Shown here: piece after piece, positions 38,846 through 48,310 of the stretch
Position numbering within the stretch: the first letter of the stretch is position 1
Layout of the letters: every line of letters starts with the position of its first letter
Assembly (NCBI GenBank): GCA_016183425.1
Contig: JACPEP010000002.1
Location: forward strand, 937-64,936
Source of the DNA: Chloroflexota bacterium
GTDB taxonomy: Bacteria > Chloroflexota > Dehalococcoidia > JACPEP01
DNA length: 64,000 nt
Direction of reading: 5' to 3'
Made by a program: the position numbers and the translations under genes
The notes under the pieces: generated by a model
What the model was told of the DNA's origin: nothing
The model's database searches: none
Seen by the model: the letters and a program-made list of their open reading frames with translations, nothing else

Positions 38846-39883
38846 ATGAAGAGGCTAGTACAGGGCAATGAGGCGGTCTTCGCCGGCGCCGTCAAGGCAG
38901 GCGCTACCTACTTTGCTGGCTATCCCATCAGCCCTTCTTCAGAGATCTTGCTCCTGGCTGCCCAGCAGGCAGCACGGAGCCCCGATTTTCATTTCCTCCA
39001 GGCGGAGGATGAGTTAGCGGCCATAAACCAGGTGCTGGGGGCATCCCTGGCGGGAGGCAAGGCATTCACCGCCACCTCTGGCCCCGGCTTTACTCTAATG
39101 CAGGAGGCCATCGGCTGGGGACACCAGGCAGAGGTCCCCTGCGTGGTGATAAACGTTCAAAGGGTGGGCCCCGGCACCGGCATGCCCACCATGCCCGCCC
39201 AAGGGGACATCCTCCAAAGCCAGTACGGCTCTAGCGGCGACTATTACCCCATCGTCTTCTATCCTAACTCGGTGGCCGAGTGCTACCGCCTCACCGTCGC
39301 CGCCTTCAATGCCGCCGAGGAGTCTCTTTCGCCAGTGGTTCTCCTCAGCGACAGCTTTGTCGGCCACCTCAACGAGACGGTGGACCTGGAGGCAATGGAG
39401 GTAGAGGTGGTCGCCCGACAAAGGCCTCCCCTGGGCACTGGAAACCGTTTTTTCACCGGCCTGGTTCACGACGAGGAAGGTCGCATCCGCACTGCGGATG
39501 CCCTCTTTTACCAATCCTGGTTGGGCAAGGTAAGAGAAAAGAGGGACGGGGTAGCGGCTCGCTATCCCTTTTACGAGCATCGAGAGCGGCCCGGACACGA
39601 TCTTATTATTGCCTTTGGCATCCTATCTCGTGTCATCGCACCCCTCCTGGACGATTTCGCCCTCTTCCGCCCCATACGTATTTTCCCTCCCCTGGTCAGA
39701 GAGCTTCGGAGCATAACCCAGGAGTACCGCCGGGTCATCGTTTTGGAGGCCAACGACGGCCAATACGCTCAGGTGGTAGAGGGGATCGTCCATCGGGATG
39801 TCATCCGCGTATCCGTGGTAGGGGGCCGCTTCAGTGCGGAAAGAGTGACCACCGCCTTGAAACAAGCCCTGACCTCCGTTTAG
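38846..39883 (+). CDS. 2-oxoacid:ferredoxin oxidoreductase alpha subunit
   Basis: GNEA, YPISPSSE, QAEDE, ATSGPG, QRVGPGTG. Confidence 0.93.
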   Translation: MKRLVQGNEAVFAGAVKAGATYFAGYPISPSSEILLLAAQQAARSPDFHFLQAEDELAAINQVLGASLAGGKAFTATSGPGFTLMQEAIGWGHQAEVPCVVINVQRVGPGTGMPTMPAQGDILQSQYGSSGDYYPIVFYPNSVAECYRLTVAAFNAAEESLSPVVLLSDSFVGHLNETVDLEAMEVEVVARQRPPLGTGNRFFTGLVHDEEGRIRTADALFYQSWLGKVREKRDGVAARYPFYEHRERPGHDLIIAFGILSRVIAPLLDDFALFRPIRIFPPLVRELRSITQEYRRVIVLEANDGQYAQVVEGIVHRDVIRVSVVGGRFSAERVTTALKQALTSV

Positions 39884-39900
39884 ATAAGAGAGGGTAAACC

Positions 39901-40647
39901 ATGTTCAAGGACCTTCTCAAGACCCACCTCTTTCCCACCTCTTGGTGTCCGGGGTGTGGCATCGGGGGTATAATGGCACAACTGGCTATGGCCATGGATG
40001 AGATGGGTCTCAACCAGAGCAACAGCGTCGTGGTGGGCGGCATCGGTTGCACCGGTCGGATGGCAGGCTACTTCAACTTGGATAGCGTTTATACCCTCCA
40101 CGGTCGCACCCTTCCTGTGGCCCAGGGGATCAAAATGGTGAATCCATCCCTTAAGGTCATCATCATATCAGGAGACGGTGATTTGGCCAGCATCGGCGGC
40201 AACCACCTCATCCATGCCCTGCGGCGCAACGTTGACCTGGCAGTCTTATGTAATAACAACGAAGTTTATGGCCTCACGGGGGGGCAGGCAGGTCCCACCA
40301 CCCCCCAAGGCACCCCCACCGTCAGCTCCCCAGACGGCAGCCCCTATGAGCCTTTGAACCTCCAAGGGCTGCTAAAAACGGGGTCCCGTTACTTTTATGC
40401 TCGAACCACCGTTTATCATCAGGTTCATTTGAAGCGGTGCATCAAAGAGGCCATCCAGTGGCCGGGCTTCGCTTTCGTTGACATTGCTAGCCAGTGCATT
40501 GAAAACAACGGTCGTCGTCTGGGCTTCAAAACAGGCTACGAGATGCTAGCCATGTTCCGGGACAAGTATAAGAGGGCCCCTGACGGAGTGGAGTCCTTGG
40601 CACCCCTGGAAATAGGCCTCGTGAAGCGAGGAGAAGAGCAACCTTGA
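39901..40647 (+). CDS. 2-oxoacid:ferredoxin oxidoreductase beta subunit
   Basis: WCPGCG, GIGC, GDGD..NN TPP motif. Confidence 0.95.
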   Translation: MFKDLLKTHLFPTSWCPGCGIGGIMAQLAMAMDEMGLNQSNSVVVGGIGCTGRMAGYFNLDSVYTLHGRTLPVAQGIKMVNPSLKVIIISGDGDLASIGGNHLIHALRRNVDLAVLCNNNEVYGLTGGQAGPTTPQGTPTVSSPDGSPYEPLNLQGLLKTGSRYFYARTTVYHQVHLKRCIKEAIQWPGFAFVDIASQCIENNGRRLGFKTGYEMLAMFRDKYKRAPDGVESLAPLEIGLVKRGEEQP

Positions 40648-41219
40648 GCCTGAAACGCATCATCATCTCTGGGGTAGGCGGACAGGGGGTGAGAATAATC
40701 GCCCACACCCTGGCCACCTTTCTTTTCAATCTGGGCTATGAGGTGGCCCTTCTCTATGACTACGACTCTTCGGTGCGGGGGGAGATGAGCGCTGCCTACC
40801 TGACCTACGGCGACGAGCCTGTCACCAGCCCGGTTATAGAAAAGGCAGACATCATGCTCAAGCTGGCCAACAAGGCCCATGGGCTGGTAGCAGAAAGGAC
40901 TATTGGCGAGGAAGGTATGGCCGTCGAAGAAGAGATACCTTTCGCCAAGCTGGGCATGCGCTACTTTGGACGCGAGATCTTTGGCAATATGATCGCCCTG
41001 GGCCGGATGATGCGCCTCATTGGCCTAGAGGTGGATTACGAAGCCCTTAAACAGATCCTCCCCCTCAGCTACCGTGAGGAGAACATTAGCGCCATCCACT
41101 ACGGATACAACCTTTTGGAGCATGACCTACAGCGAGGGACCGAGTCTACAGAATCCCGCTGGATCAACTATATAGCCCCCACCCCTGGCGAGGGGGATCT
41201 GGAGGCTGAGGTATCCTAG
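40644..41219 (+). CDS. 2-oxoacid:ferredoxin oxidoreductase gamma subunit
   Basis: SGVGGQG, SVRG, GNMIALG. Confidence 0.88.
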   Translation: MSLKRIIISGVGGQGVRIIAHTLATFLFNLGYEVALLYDYDSSVRGEMSAAYLTYGDEPVTSPVIEKADIMLKLANKAHGLVAERTIGEEGMAVEEEIPFAKLGMRYFGREIFGNMIALGRMMRLIGLEVDYEALKQILPLSYREENISAIHYGYNLLEHDLQRGTESTESRWINYIAPTPGEGDLEAEVS

Positions 41220-41320
41220 TCGGTGCCGGAAAGGGGGTGACCGAAGCCCAAAAGCCCATTATCTCTTTCTATATACCGTATGAGGCCAGTCTATTAAACT
41301 TCAACAAAGGAGGTAACAGA

Positions 41321-41926
41321 ATGCCGTGGACGGCCAAAGAGCTTAAACCTGCCAAGGAGCTTCAAGGCATCTCCAGAAGACAGATTGACGAGCACCATGA
41401 TGTGCTGTATAAAGGTTACGTCACCAAATTGAACGAGATCGAGACTCGCCGGGGGGAGGCCAACCCCGCCGAGGCCAACGCTACCTACAGCCTGATTCGG
41501 GAGTTAAAGCGAGAGGAGGTCTTCGCCACCCAAGCGGTACGCCTCCATGAGGATTATTTCAGCAACCTGGGTGGGGATGGCGTCTGTGGGGGGCCTGTTT
41601 TTGACTTGATCAAGGAGGATTTCGGTTCTTTTGAGAAGTGGGAGGCGGAGTTCCGGGCCCTGGGCATCGCCGCTCGAGGGTGGGTGGTGCTTGCCTATGA
41701 CTGGACGGACCACAAGCTACGCAACTACCTCTCCGACATCCACTCCGATGGCGTGTGGAGCTGTAGCCCCCTCCTCATCATGGACGTGTACGAGCACGCC
41801 TACTTTATCGACTACGGCACCGCTCGACGGGCCTACATCGAGGCCTTCATGAAGAACGTCAGTTGGCAAGTGGTCAACCAGCGGGTTGAGCGCCTCGACC
41901 TGCTTCGGTTCAGAAAGAGGAGTTAA
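41321..41926 (+). CDS. Fe/Mn superoxide dismutase family protein
   Basis: EHH, LHE.YF, GWVVL, DVYEHAYF; RBS AAGGAGG before ATG 41321. Confidence 0.88.
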   Translation: MPWTAKELKPAKELQGISRRQIDEHHDVLYKGYVTKLNEIETRRGEANPAEANATYSLIRELKREEVFATQAVRLHEDYFSNLGGDGVCGGPVFDLIKEDFGSFEKWEAEFRALGIAARGWVVLAYDWTDHKLRNYLSDIHSDGVWSCSPLLIMDVYEHAYFIDYGTARRAYIEAFMKNVSWQVVNQRVERLDLLRFRKRS

Positions 41927-41931
41927 ACCCA

Positions 41932-42435
41932 GTGCGCAAGATGACCGAATCCCACCTGGCTGCCGCCTTCGCTGGGGAAAGCCAAGCCCATATGCGCTAT
42001 CTCATCTTCGCCCAGAAGGCTCAAGAAGAGGGCAAGAGCAACCTGGCCCGCCTCTTTGAGGCCATCGCCTTTGCGGAACGGGTACATGCCACCAACCACT
42101 ACCGTACTCTGGGCAACATAAAGGGCAACGATGAGAATCTGGGAGTAGCCATCGGAGGGGAGATTTATGAGATTGAGGAGATGTACCCTGCCTACTCCGA
42201 TGTAGCCAGGACCCAGGGGGAGAGAGGGGCCCAGTTGAGCTTCCATTACGCCCTCTCCGCCGAGAAGATCCACGCCCAGGTCTACACCCAGGCCCAAGAG
42301 GCCATTCGAGGGGGAGGGGACGTTCCGGGAGGCTCCATCTTCATTTGCAGCGTGTGCGGTCATACTGTGCTCGGTGACGTACCGGAGAAGTGCCCCGTGT
42401 GTGGTAAAGGCCGGGAGACATTCCGGCAGTTCTGA
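41932..42435 (+). CDS. rbr: Rubrerythrin
   Basis: AFAGES, EAIAFAERVHA, AEKIH, C-terminal CSVCG..CPVCG rubredoxin domain. Confidence 0.93.
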   Translation: MRKMTESHLAAAFAGESQAHMRYLIFAQKAQEEGKSNLARLFEAIAFAERVHATNHYRTLGNIKGNDENLGVAIGGEIYEIEEMYPAYSDVARTQGERGAQLSFHYALSAEKIHAQVYTQAQEAIRGGGDVPGGSIFICSVCGHTVLGDVPEKCPVCGKGRETFRQF

Positions 42436-42454
42436 TTTATGGGAAGGAGAAGTT

Positions 42455-42877
42455 ATGGCCCTGGGGAAAAAAGAGATGGTGGATGCCCTTAACCAAGCCC
42501 TGGCCGATGAGTTGGCGGCTATCGTTCAGTACATGTGGCATCACGTCATGGCAAGAGGTATGAATAGCCCAGCCATCAGCCAGCAGTTCCAGGCGGCGGC
42601 CAAGGATGAGATGAAACACGCCGAGTCTCTGTCAGAGCGCATAGACTATCTGGGAGGTATTCCCACCGCCCAGCCTGCGGATATCAAAGTTGGTGGCGAC
42701 CTGAGGCGTATGCTCACAGACAACCTGGAGACGGAGAAAAGGGCCATTGCCAACTACAAGTCTCGTATTCAGATGGCCCGGGAAGCCGACGACCCGGTGA
42801 CCCGTCTCCTTCTAGAAACCATACTCACCGATGAGGAGAGGCACGCTTATGACTGGGAGACCGCTTTGGGCCAGTAG
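42455..42877 (+). CDS. Bacterioferritin-like protein
   Basis: DELAAIVQY, DEMKHAE, E..A, DEERH ferroxidase ligands. Confidence 0.85.
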   Translation: MALGKKEMVDALNQALADELAAIVQYMWHHVMARGMNSPAISQQFQAAAKDEMKHAESLSERIDYLGGIPTAQPADIKVGGDLRRMLTDNLETEKRAIANYKSRIQMAREADDPVTRLLLETILTDEERHAYDWETALGQ

Positions 42878-42933
42878 CCTATAACCCATCTCGGCCATCT
42901 AAACATTAGATAAAGAAAGGAAGGTAAGGTATC

Positions 42934-43356
42934 ATGGCAGCCGCCAAACAGGACATCATAAATGCCCTCAATCAAGACCTGGGTCTAGAGCTGGGGGCTA
43001 TCACCCAATACATGTGGCATCACGTCATGGGGGTGGGGATGGAGAGCCCGGCCATCACCGACACCTTTAAGGAGATCTCTATGGACGAGATGAAGCACGC
43101 CGAGAAGCTCGCGGAGCGCATCGATTACTTGGGGGGCACCCCGGTCACCAAGCCGGCGGAGATCAAGATGGGGGGCGACTTGAAGAAGATGATCGCCGAC
43201 GACCTGGATGGCGAAAACCTGGCCATCCGAACCTACAAGGGCCACATAAAGCTCTGCGAGGAGGCCAACGACCCGGTGACCCGGCTTCTTTTGGAGAACA
43301 TCCTCACCGACGAGGAGGACCATGCCTATACCTGGGAAACGGTCTTAGGGAGCTGA
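42934..43356 (+). CDS. Bacterioferritin-like protein (tandem paralog)
   Basis: LELGAITQY, DEMKHAE, DEEDH. Confidence 0.85.
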   Translation: MAAAKQDIINALNQDLGLELGAITQYMWHHVMGVGMESPAITDTFKEISMDEMKHAEKLAERIDYLGGTPVTKPAEIKMGGDLKKMIADDLDGENLAIRTYKGHIKLCEEANDPVTRLLLENILTDEEDHAYTWETVLGS

Positions 43357-43469
43357 AGAGGTTGGATCAAAATTTCCCTTTGGCGGGGGGTCGCTCTTAG
43401 CCAACGAAGTAGCTCCGCTCTTAGCGGCTGACCCTCGGGATAGAGCCATCTAAGGCTGATAACTGTTAT

Positions 43470-46022
43470 TCAATCGTGGTGCCGCAAGAGCCTCATGCCG
43501 TTGAGGATGACCACCAGGGAGGTCCCCACGTCGGCGGCCACCGCCATCCACAAGGTTGTCCAGCCGGGAAAGGCAAGGGCCACGAATACGGCCTTGACCA
43601 TGATGGCAAAGGCAATGTTCTGCCGTATGATGGACAGCGTCCGGCGGCTAAGGTGCATAACGTAGGGCACCTTGGCGGGGTTGTCCCCCATGAGGACGAT
43701 GTCCGCCGTTTCCAGGGCCACATCGCTTCCCGCCCCACCCATGGCGATGCCCACCGTAGAGGCGGCCAAGGCGGGGGCATCGTTTACCCCGTCCCCTACC
43801 ATGGCCACCTTCCCGTAACGCCCCAGGAGACCTTTCACGGTATCCACCTTGTCTTGAGGCAGCAGCTCGGCCCGATAGTCATCCACGCCCACCTGCTTGG
43901 CCACCGAGCGGGCGGTGCCCTCGTTGTCCCCGGTGAGCATCACCACCGTCTCGATGCCGGATTGGTGCAATTCTTGTACCGCCGTCTGAGCGGTGACCCG
44001 AGGCTGGTCGGCCACCGCCACGATACCCACCACCTCTTGGGGAGTGCCCACTAGTAACGGAGTTTTCCCTTCCTCCTCCAGGCCCCTGACCCTTATTTCA
44101 GCGTCACCTAAAGGGACAGATAGACGCCTAAAGAGTCCCAGGCTTCCTACGTAGTAAGTGGAACCGTTCACCGAGGCTCTGGCCCCCAGGCCCGGGATAG
44201 CCTCGAAATCCGTTATCTCGGTCCACCTTACCCCCTCATGGCGAGCTTCTTGCATAACGGCGGCGGCCAGAGGATGCTCGGAATGGCTCTCCACTGCCGC
44301 TGCCAGGGGCATGACCTCCTCCCGACGGTGACCGTTTAGTGGCAGAACATCCACCACCCGAATATCGCCCCGGGTTAAAGTGCCCGTTTTGTCGAAGGCC
44401 ACTACTCGAATAGAGCCGGCTTCCTCCAGATGAACGCCCCCTTTTATGAGTACCCCCGCTCGAGCGGCGCTACCGATGGCAGACACAATGGACACCGGAG
44501 TAGAGATAACCAGAGCACAAGGGCAAGAGATTACCAGCAGCACCAGCGCTCGATAGAACCAGACGTCGAAGGGCTGGCCCAGGAGGAAGGGCGGCACCAT
44601 CCCCATCAATATGGCAAGGCCGATGACCCCGGGCGTGTAATAGCGGGCAAAGCGGTCTACGAACCGCTGGGAGGGCGCCTTCCGGCTTTGTGCCTCCTCT
44701 ACCAGGTGGATTATTCGGGAAAGGGCATTCTCTTCGTAAGGCTTGGTGACGGATACCTCGAGATACCCTCGCTGGTTTATAGTGCCGGCGAAGACCTCGT
44801 CCCCCACCGTTTTCGCCACGGGCACTGATTCTCCGGTGATGGGGGATTGATCCACCGTGGATGAGCCAGCCACTACCCGCCCGTCTCTGGGGATGCGCTC
44901 TCCTGGGCGCACTGCCACCACGTCCTCCACCTCCACCTCGGCCACAGGCATGGCCGTGACCACGCCGTTACGCTTCACTTTGGCATAGGGCGGGGAGAGG
45001 TTCATCAAGGCACGAATGGCACCCCGTGCTCGGTCCATTGTGTACGACTCCAATGTGTTTCCCAAAGAGAAGAGAAAGACCACGGTGGCCCCTTCCACCC
45101 ACTCTCCAATGGCCGCCGCCCCAATGACGGCCACCATCATGAGCACGTTGATATCCGGGGTGCGCAGTCGCACCAGAGAAAAGATGCCCGAGCGGGCGAT
45201 GGGGTAACCTCCCACCACCATGGCCAGGGCATAGGCCAGGGTGCTCCACAAAGGCGGTGCCCCCACCACCCAAAGCCCAGCGCCGATGGCTACCCATAGG
45301 CCGGAAGCAGCGGTCACAATAATCCGCCGATTGCGTTGCCAGAAAAGATTCCAGGTTCCTTTGACCGGACGCTCCAACTCCAACAAGGCAGTATAGCCCG
45401 CCTCTTCTATGACCTGGACGATATTTCGGGGAAGGAGCTCTCGCTTGTGCTTCACTGTCAGCGTCTCTCTCCCCCCGTCCACACTAGCCTCAATTACTCC
45501 ATGGAGAGAGAGGAGCCTTTCACGCAAATCGGCTTGTGAGCCGCCCGGGTCTACCTCGCAAAGGCGGAACTCAGAGGTGACCACGGTCTCTTCTCCCGCC
45601 ACTCCATAGCCCAGCCCACGAATTCTGGCCCTTATGCTGGATTTGGTCACCCTATCCGCCTCATACTCCACCATCATTCGAGAGGTGGCAAAGCTCACCG
45701 TTGTGTGGATGACCCCCTCCAGACTAGAAACCGCCTTCTCCAGCTTCAAGGCGCAGTCGGCGCAGTCCATGTCGGTGATGGTCAATCCCTCGTGGGCGAA
45801 GCGCCGTCCTATACCAGCCCCCAGGTCTTTGGCCAGTCCCTCCAACTGACTAAGAGAAACAACCTCTGGATTATAGCGAAGGGTAACGGCAGACCGGGGG
45901 AAATCGGTCTCTACCCCATCCACCCCCCGAATGAGCTCTAGTGACCCCTTCAATCGCTCAATACAGTGCTCACAATCTTCGGCGGTGATGAGCAGAGGCA
46001 GCCTCATAATCTTTGATTCCAT
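43470..46022 (-). CDS. cadA: Heavy-metal P1B-type ATPase (Zn/Cd/Pb, CadA/ZntA-like)
   Basis: HMA domains (CEHC, CADC, a third lacking CxxC), TGES, CPCAL, DKTGT, SEHPL, GDGVNDAP. Confidence 0.9.
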   Translation of the reverse strand: MESKIMRLPLLITAEDCEHCIERLKGSLELIRGVDGVETDFPRSAVTLRYNPEVVSLSQLEGLAKDLGAGIGRRFAHEGLTITDMDCADCALKLEKAVSSLEGVIHTTVSFATSRMMVEYEADRVTKSSIRARIRGLGYGVAGEETVVTSEFRLCEVDPGGSQADLRERLLSLHGVIEASVDGGRETLTVKHKRELLPRNIVQVIEEAGYTALLELERPVKGTWNLFWQRNRRIIVTAASGLWVAIGAGLWVVGAPPLWSTLAYALAMVVGGYPIARSGIFSLVRLRTPDINVLMMVAVIGAAAIGEWVEGATVVFLFSLGNTLESYTMDRARGAIRALMNLSPPYAKVKRNGVVTAMPVAEVEVEDVVAVRPGERIPRDGRVVAGSSTVDQSPITGESVPVAKTVGDEVFAGTINQRGYLEVSVTKPYEENALSRIIHLVEEAQSRKAPSQRFVDRFARYYTPGVIGLAILMGMVPPFLLGQPFDVWFYRALVLLVISCPCALVISTPVSIVSAIGSAARAGVLIKGGVHLEEAGSIRVVAFDKTGTLTRGDIRVVDVLPLNGHRREEVMPLAAAVESHSEHPLAAAVMQEARHEGVRWTEITDFEAIPGLGARASVNGSTYYVGSLGLFRRLSVPLGDAEIRVRGLEEEGKTPLLVGTPQEVVGIVAVADQPRVTAQTAVQELHQSGIETVVMLTGDNEGTARSVAKQVGVDDYRAELLPQDKVDTVKGLLGRYGKVAMVGDGVNDAPALAASTVGIAMGGAGSDVALETADIVLMGDNPAKVPYVMHLSRRTLSIIRQNIAFAIMVKAVFVALAFPGWTTLWMAVAADVGTSLVVILNGMRLLRHHD

Positions 46023-46082
46023 ATCTTCTCATACCCCCACCAGAATAACGGCAAAACCCGCCGCGGCGATGATGACCCCCTT

Positions 46083-46496
46083 CTACCCTATTTGTCCCAC
46101 GGCCTCTGGGATTGTCACACTGGAGTCCTGGTGACGCAGATGGCTCAGGCAAACGTTAAGAAGGACGCTGATATGGACATCATCCAGGGAGTAGTAGACC
46201 TTTTTGCCCTGGCGATGGCTCTTGACCAGTCTCAGATTACGCAATACCCGCAGGTGCTGGGAAACGGCTGACTCCGACTGGGCTACGATAGCTGCCAGGT
46301 CGCAAACACATAGCTCCTGCTGGAGAAGGCAATAAACAATCTTTACCCGACTGGAGTCGGCCAGGGCACGGAAGGTCTCCGCCAAATCCCCGTAGATTTC
46401 ATCCTCTAAGAGGAGTCCCTTGGCCCGAGCTAACCGCGTTGGGTCAACGCCGTGCATCTCACAGCTTTCGCCTTGGACATGCCCTACACTAACCAT
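46083..46496 (-). CDS. ArsR/SmtB metalloregulator
   Basis: LAD.SRVKI, ELCVCDLA, SQHLRVLR, YSLDDVH..H. Confidence 0.92.
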   Translation of the reverse strand: MVSVGHVQGESCEMHGVDPTRLARAKGLLLEDEIYGDLAETFRALADSSRVKIVYCLLQQELCVCDLAAIVAQSESAVSQHLRVLRNLRLVKSHRQGKKVYYSLDDVHISVLLNVCLSHLRHQDSSVTIPEAVGQIG

Positions 46497-46510
46497 GGAT
46501 AACTTTTAAC

Positions 46511-46541
46511 ATTTAAGTAATAGCTAAACCGTAACTTAAAT
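46511..46541. promoter_or_regulatory. Candidate ArsR/SmtB operator (8-bp inverted repeat)
   Basis: ATTTAAGT-N15-ACTTAAAT just upstream of the regulator; spacing is not canonical 12-2-12. Confidence 0.3.
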
Positions 46542-46616
46542 TATTATAGCAAGGTGGAACTCTTTCTTCAACACACAAAGCCCCTAAATTGAATTAAAAT
46601 AGAAAAACGACATCGC

Positions 46617-48086
46617 ATGTCTGCGGAGAGAGGGTTTGCCTTTATCTTTCTTCTTCTCCTCCTTCTGAGTGGAGGAGTAAGCGGGAGTCCTTTTGTACCT
46701 CAATCCACGGCCCCGACTCTGGAAGACTCATACCCCAGACCAAAAAACGATACCCGCCGGGGTATCCACTGGTTTCCTTTTCATGGCCAAGAGAGAGCGG
46801 TGATAGACCGCTACCTGTCGGCGGCGACGGACATGGGAATAAGCTGGGTTGTTTTGCTTGCCTCTCCCAATGTGGTCGAGAAACGGGGAGAGGAGGCCGG
46901 AAATACCTATCTCATTTCAGCCCTGCTTGCCAGAAATATGGAGCCGGTGGTGCGCGTCCTCTTGCCGGTAGGCACGACGGACATGGCCGCCTTCGCCCGC
47001 TATGTCCGTTACTATCGTAGTCTGGGCGTCAATTACTTCCAGATCTTCAACGAGCCCAATCGGAGCCATGAATGGCAAAAACCGGAGGCCCTGAGTCCCC
47101 GAAGGTACATGGACTACTGGTTGCCCCTGGCCTCCCTGGTGACCTACTACGGAGGCTACCCCGGCCTGGGAGCTCTTGACCCCCAAAGCCAGGAGTTCGG
47201 CGACTTTGCCTTTCTGAAGGAGACGCTTCTAGAGCTCCAAACGCGGGGGCGCGCGGATATCCTGACGCGCACCTGGGTCGGTCTTCACAACTATACCTCG
47301 GGCACCCCTCAGGACTATACCTCCGACACTCAGGGCTTTGCCCGCTTTGAGGCCTACCACCAGATAGTGACGGACATCCTTGGCTTCGCTCTGCCTATTT
47401 TAGGCACGGAAGGGGTCTTATCCTCCCACGACCCCCGGTGGCGGGAAGACACGAAAGGGGCATCCCGCCTTCAGGCCCTTTGGGTCGGCCAAGGGTATCG
47501 CTTCATGGCCACTGCCCCCACCTATCTCTTTACCTTCTCACCCTGGTTGATCGGCAACCGGGTGGGTGGGGGCCGGGACAGCCAGTGGGAACCGGGCACC
47601 TTTTTCGCCTCTGGCCGCGGCCCCCAGCCCGTGGTGGAGGCCGTGGGCCGCCCCGCCTACCTCCTGCGTGATAGCAAGCGCTATTGGCTTACCAGCCAGT
47701 CAACCCTGCGTCTCTTGGGCTACGACTCTCTGACAGGGATACCAATGACAGAAAAAGAGTTAATTGCCCTCTCTGAAGGTGAGCCCATCCCTCCCTTAGA
47801 GGAAGGCGGTCTGATCAAAGGCAGTTCGGATCCCATCTACATCATCCAGGAAGGGCGTCTGCGTTGGGTCCCAGATGGGGAGACCTTCGATGCCCTGAGC
47901 CTCGACTGGGATGCGGTGAGTATCCTCCCTGATTGGGCCTTGGCCTGCATCCCTCGAGCCAACAGTCTCCCTTCAGTAACTGCTCATCCCAGAGCCGATG
48001 CCTCCTGGTTGCTCACCGCCACTTTTATGGGAGGTAACTCGGTTACTAATAGTGGCTGCGGCGGTACCCTTGTGCTAAAGGACTGA
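46617..48086 (+). CDS. Secreted clan GH-A glycoside hydrolase-like protein with C-terminal repeats
   Basis: Signal peptide; IFNEPN and ILGTEG putative catalytic Glu; two ~30-aa repeats (Y.L....RYW, IYII.EGRLRWV). Confidence 0.7.
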   Translation: MSAERGFAFIFLLLLLLSGGVSGSPFVPQSTAPTLEDSYPRPKNDTRRGIHWFPFHGQERAVIDRYLSAATDMGISWVVLLASPNVVEKRGEEAGNTYLISALLARNMEPVVRVLLPVGTTDMAAFARYVRYYRSLGVNYFQIFNEPNRSHEWQKPEALSPRRYMDYWLPLASLVTYYGGYPGLGALDPQSQEFGDFAFLKETLLELQTRGRADILTRTWVGLHNYTSGTPQDYTSDTQGFARFEAYHQIVTDILGFALPILGTEGVLSSHDPRWREDTKGASRLQALWVGQGYRFMATAPTYLFTFSPWLIGNRVGGGRDSQWEPGTFFASGRGPQPVVEAVGRPAYLLRDSKRYWLTSQSTLRLLGYDSLTGIPMTEKELIALSEGEPIPPLEEGGLIKGSSDPIYIIQEGRLRWVPDGETFDALSLDWDAVSILPDWALACIPRANSLPSVTAHPRADASWLLTATFMGGNSVTNSGCGGTLVLKD

Positions 48087-48139
48087 TACCATTAATGGCA
48101 CGGCAACGAAAAATTCCCACCAAACAGCCCCCAAAGATA

Positions 48140-48168
48140 TTGACAAAGACCCACCCTCATGCTATAGT
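48140..48168 (+). promoter_or_regulatory. Sigma70-type promoter for the ncRNA
   Basis: TTGACA-N17-TATAGT with no plausible protein gene downstream on this strand. Confidence 0.75.
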
Positions 48169-48175
48169 TTTATAA

Positions 48176-48310
48176 GTCCCGAGTAGTTGAGTAGCTCTTT
48201 TCTCCTTTGGGTGTCAGACTTGGAGTAGGTGGAAAGCATCCCCCTTGGGGGGCAGGACACCGAAAAGAGGAGAAACCCAAGGGGCGCAAAGATGAAAGGC
48301 TATTCGGGAC
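48176..48310 (+). ncRNA. Structured ncRNA, 6S RNA-like
   Basis: Ends pair (GTCCCGAGTAG/CTATTCGGGAC); TCTTT/AAAGA and TCCTTTGGGT/ACCCAAGGGG helices; central unpaired bubble; terminal hairpin; U-rich tract follows. Confidence 0.55.

Noticed and set aside
43391-43433. Short repeat CGCTCTTAGC twice between bacterioferritin and cadA
   Set aside because: Only 10 bp and two copies in a convergent intergenic region; likely terminator-related or chance
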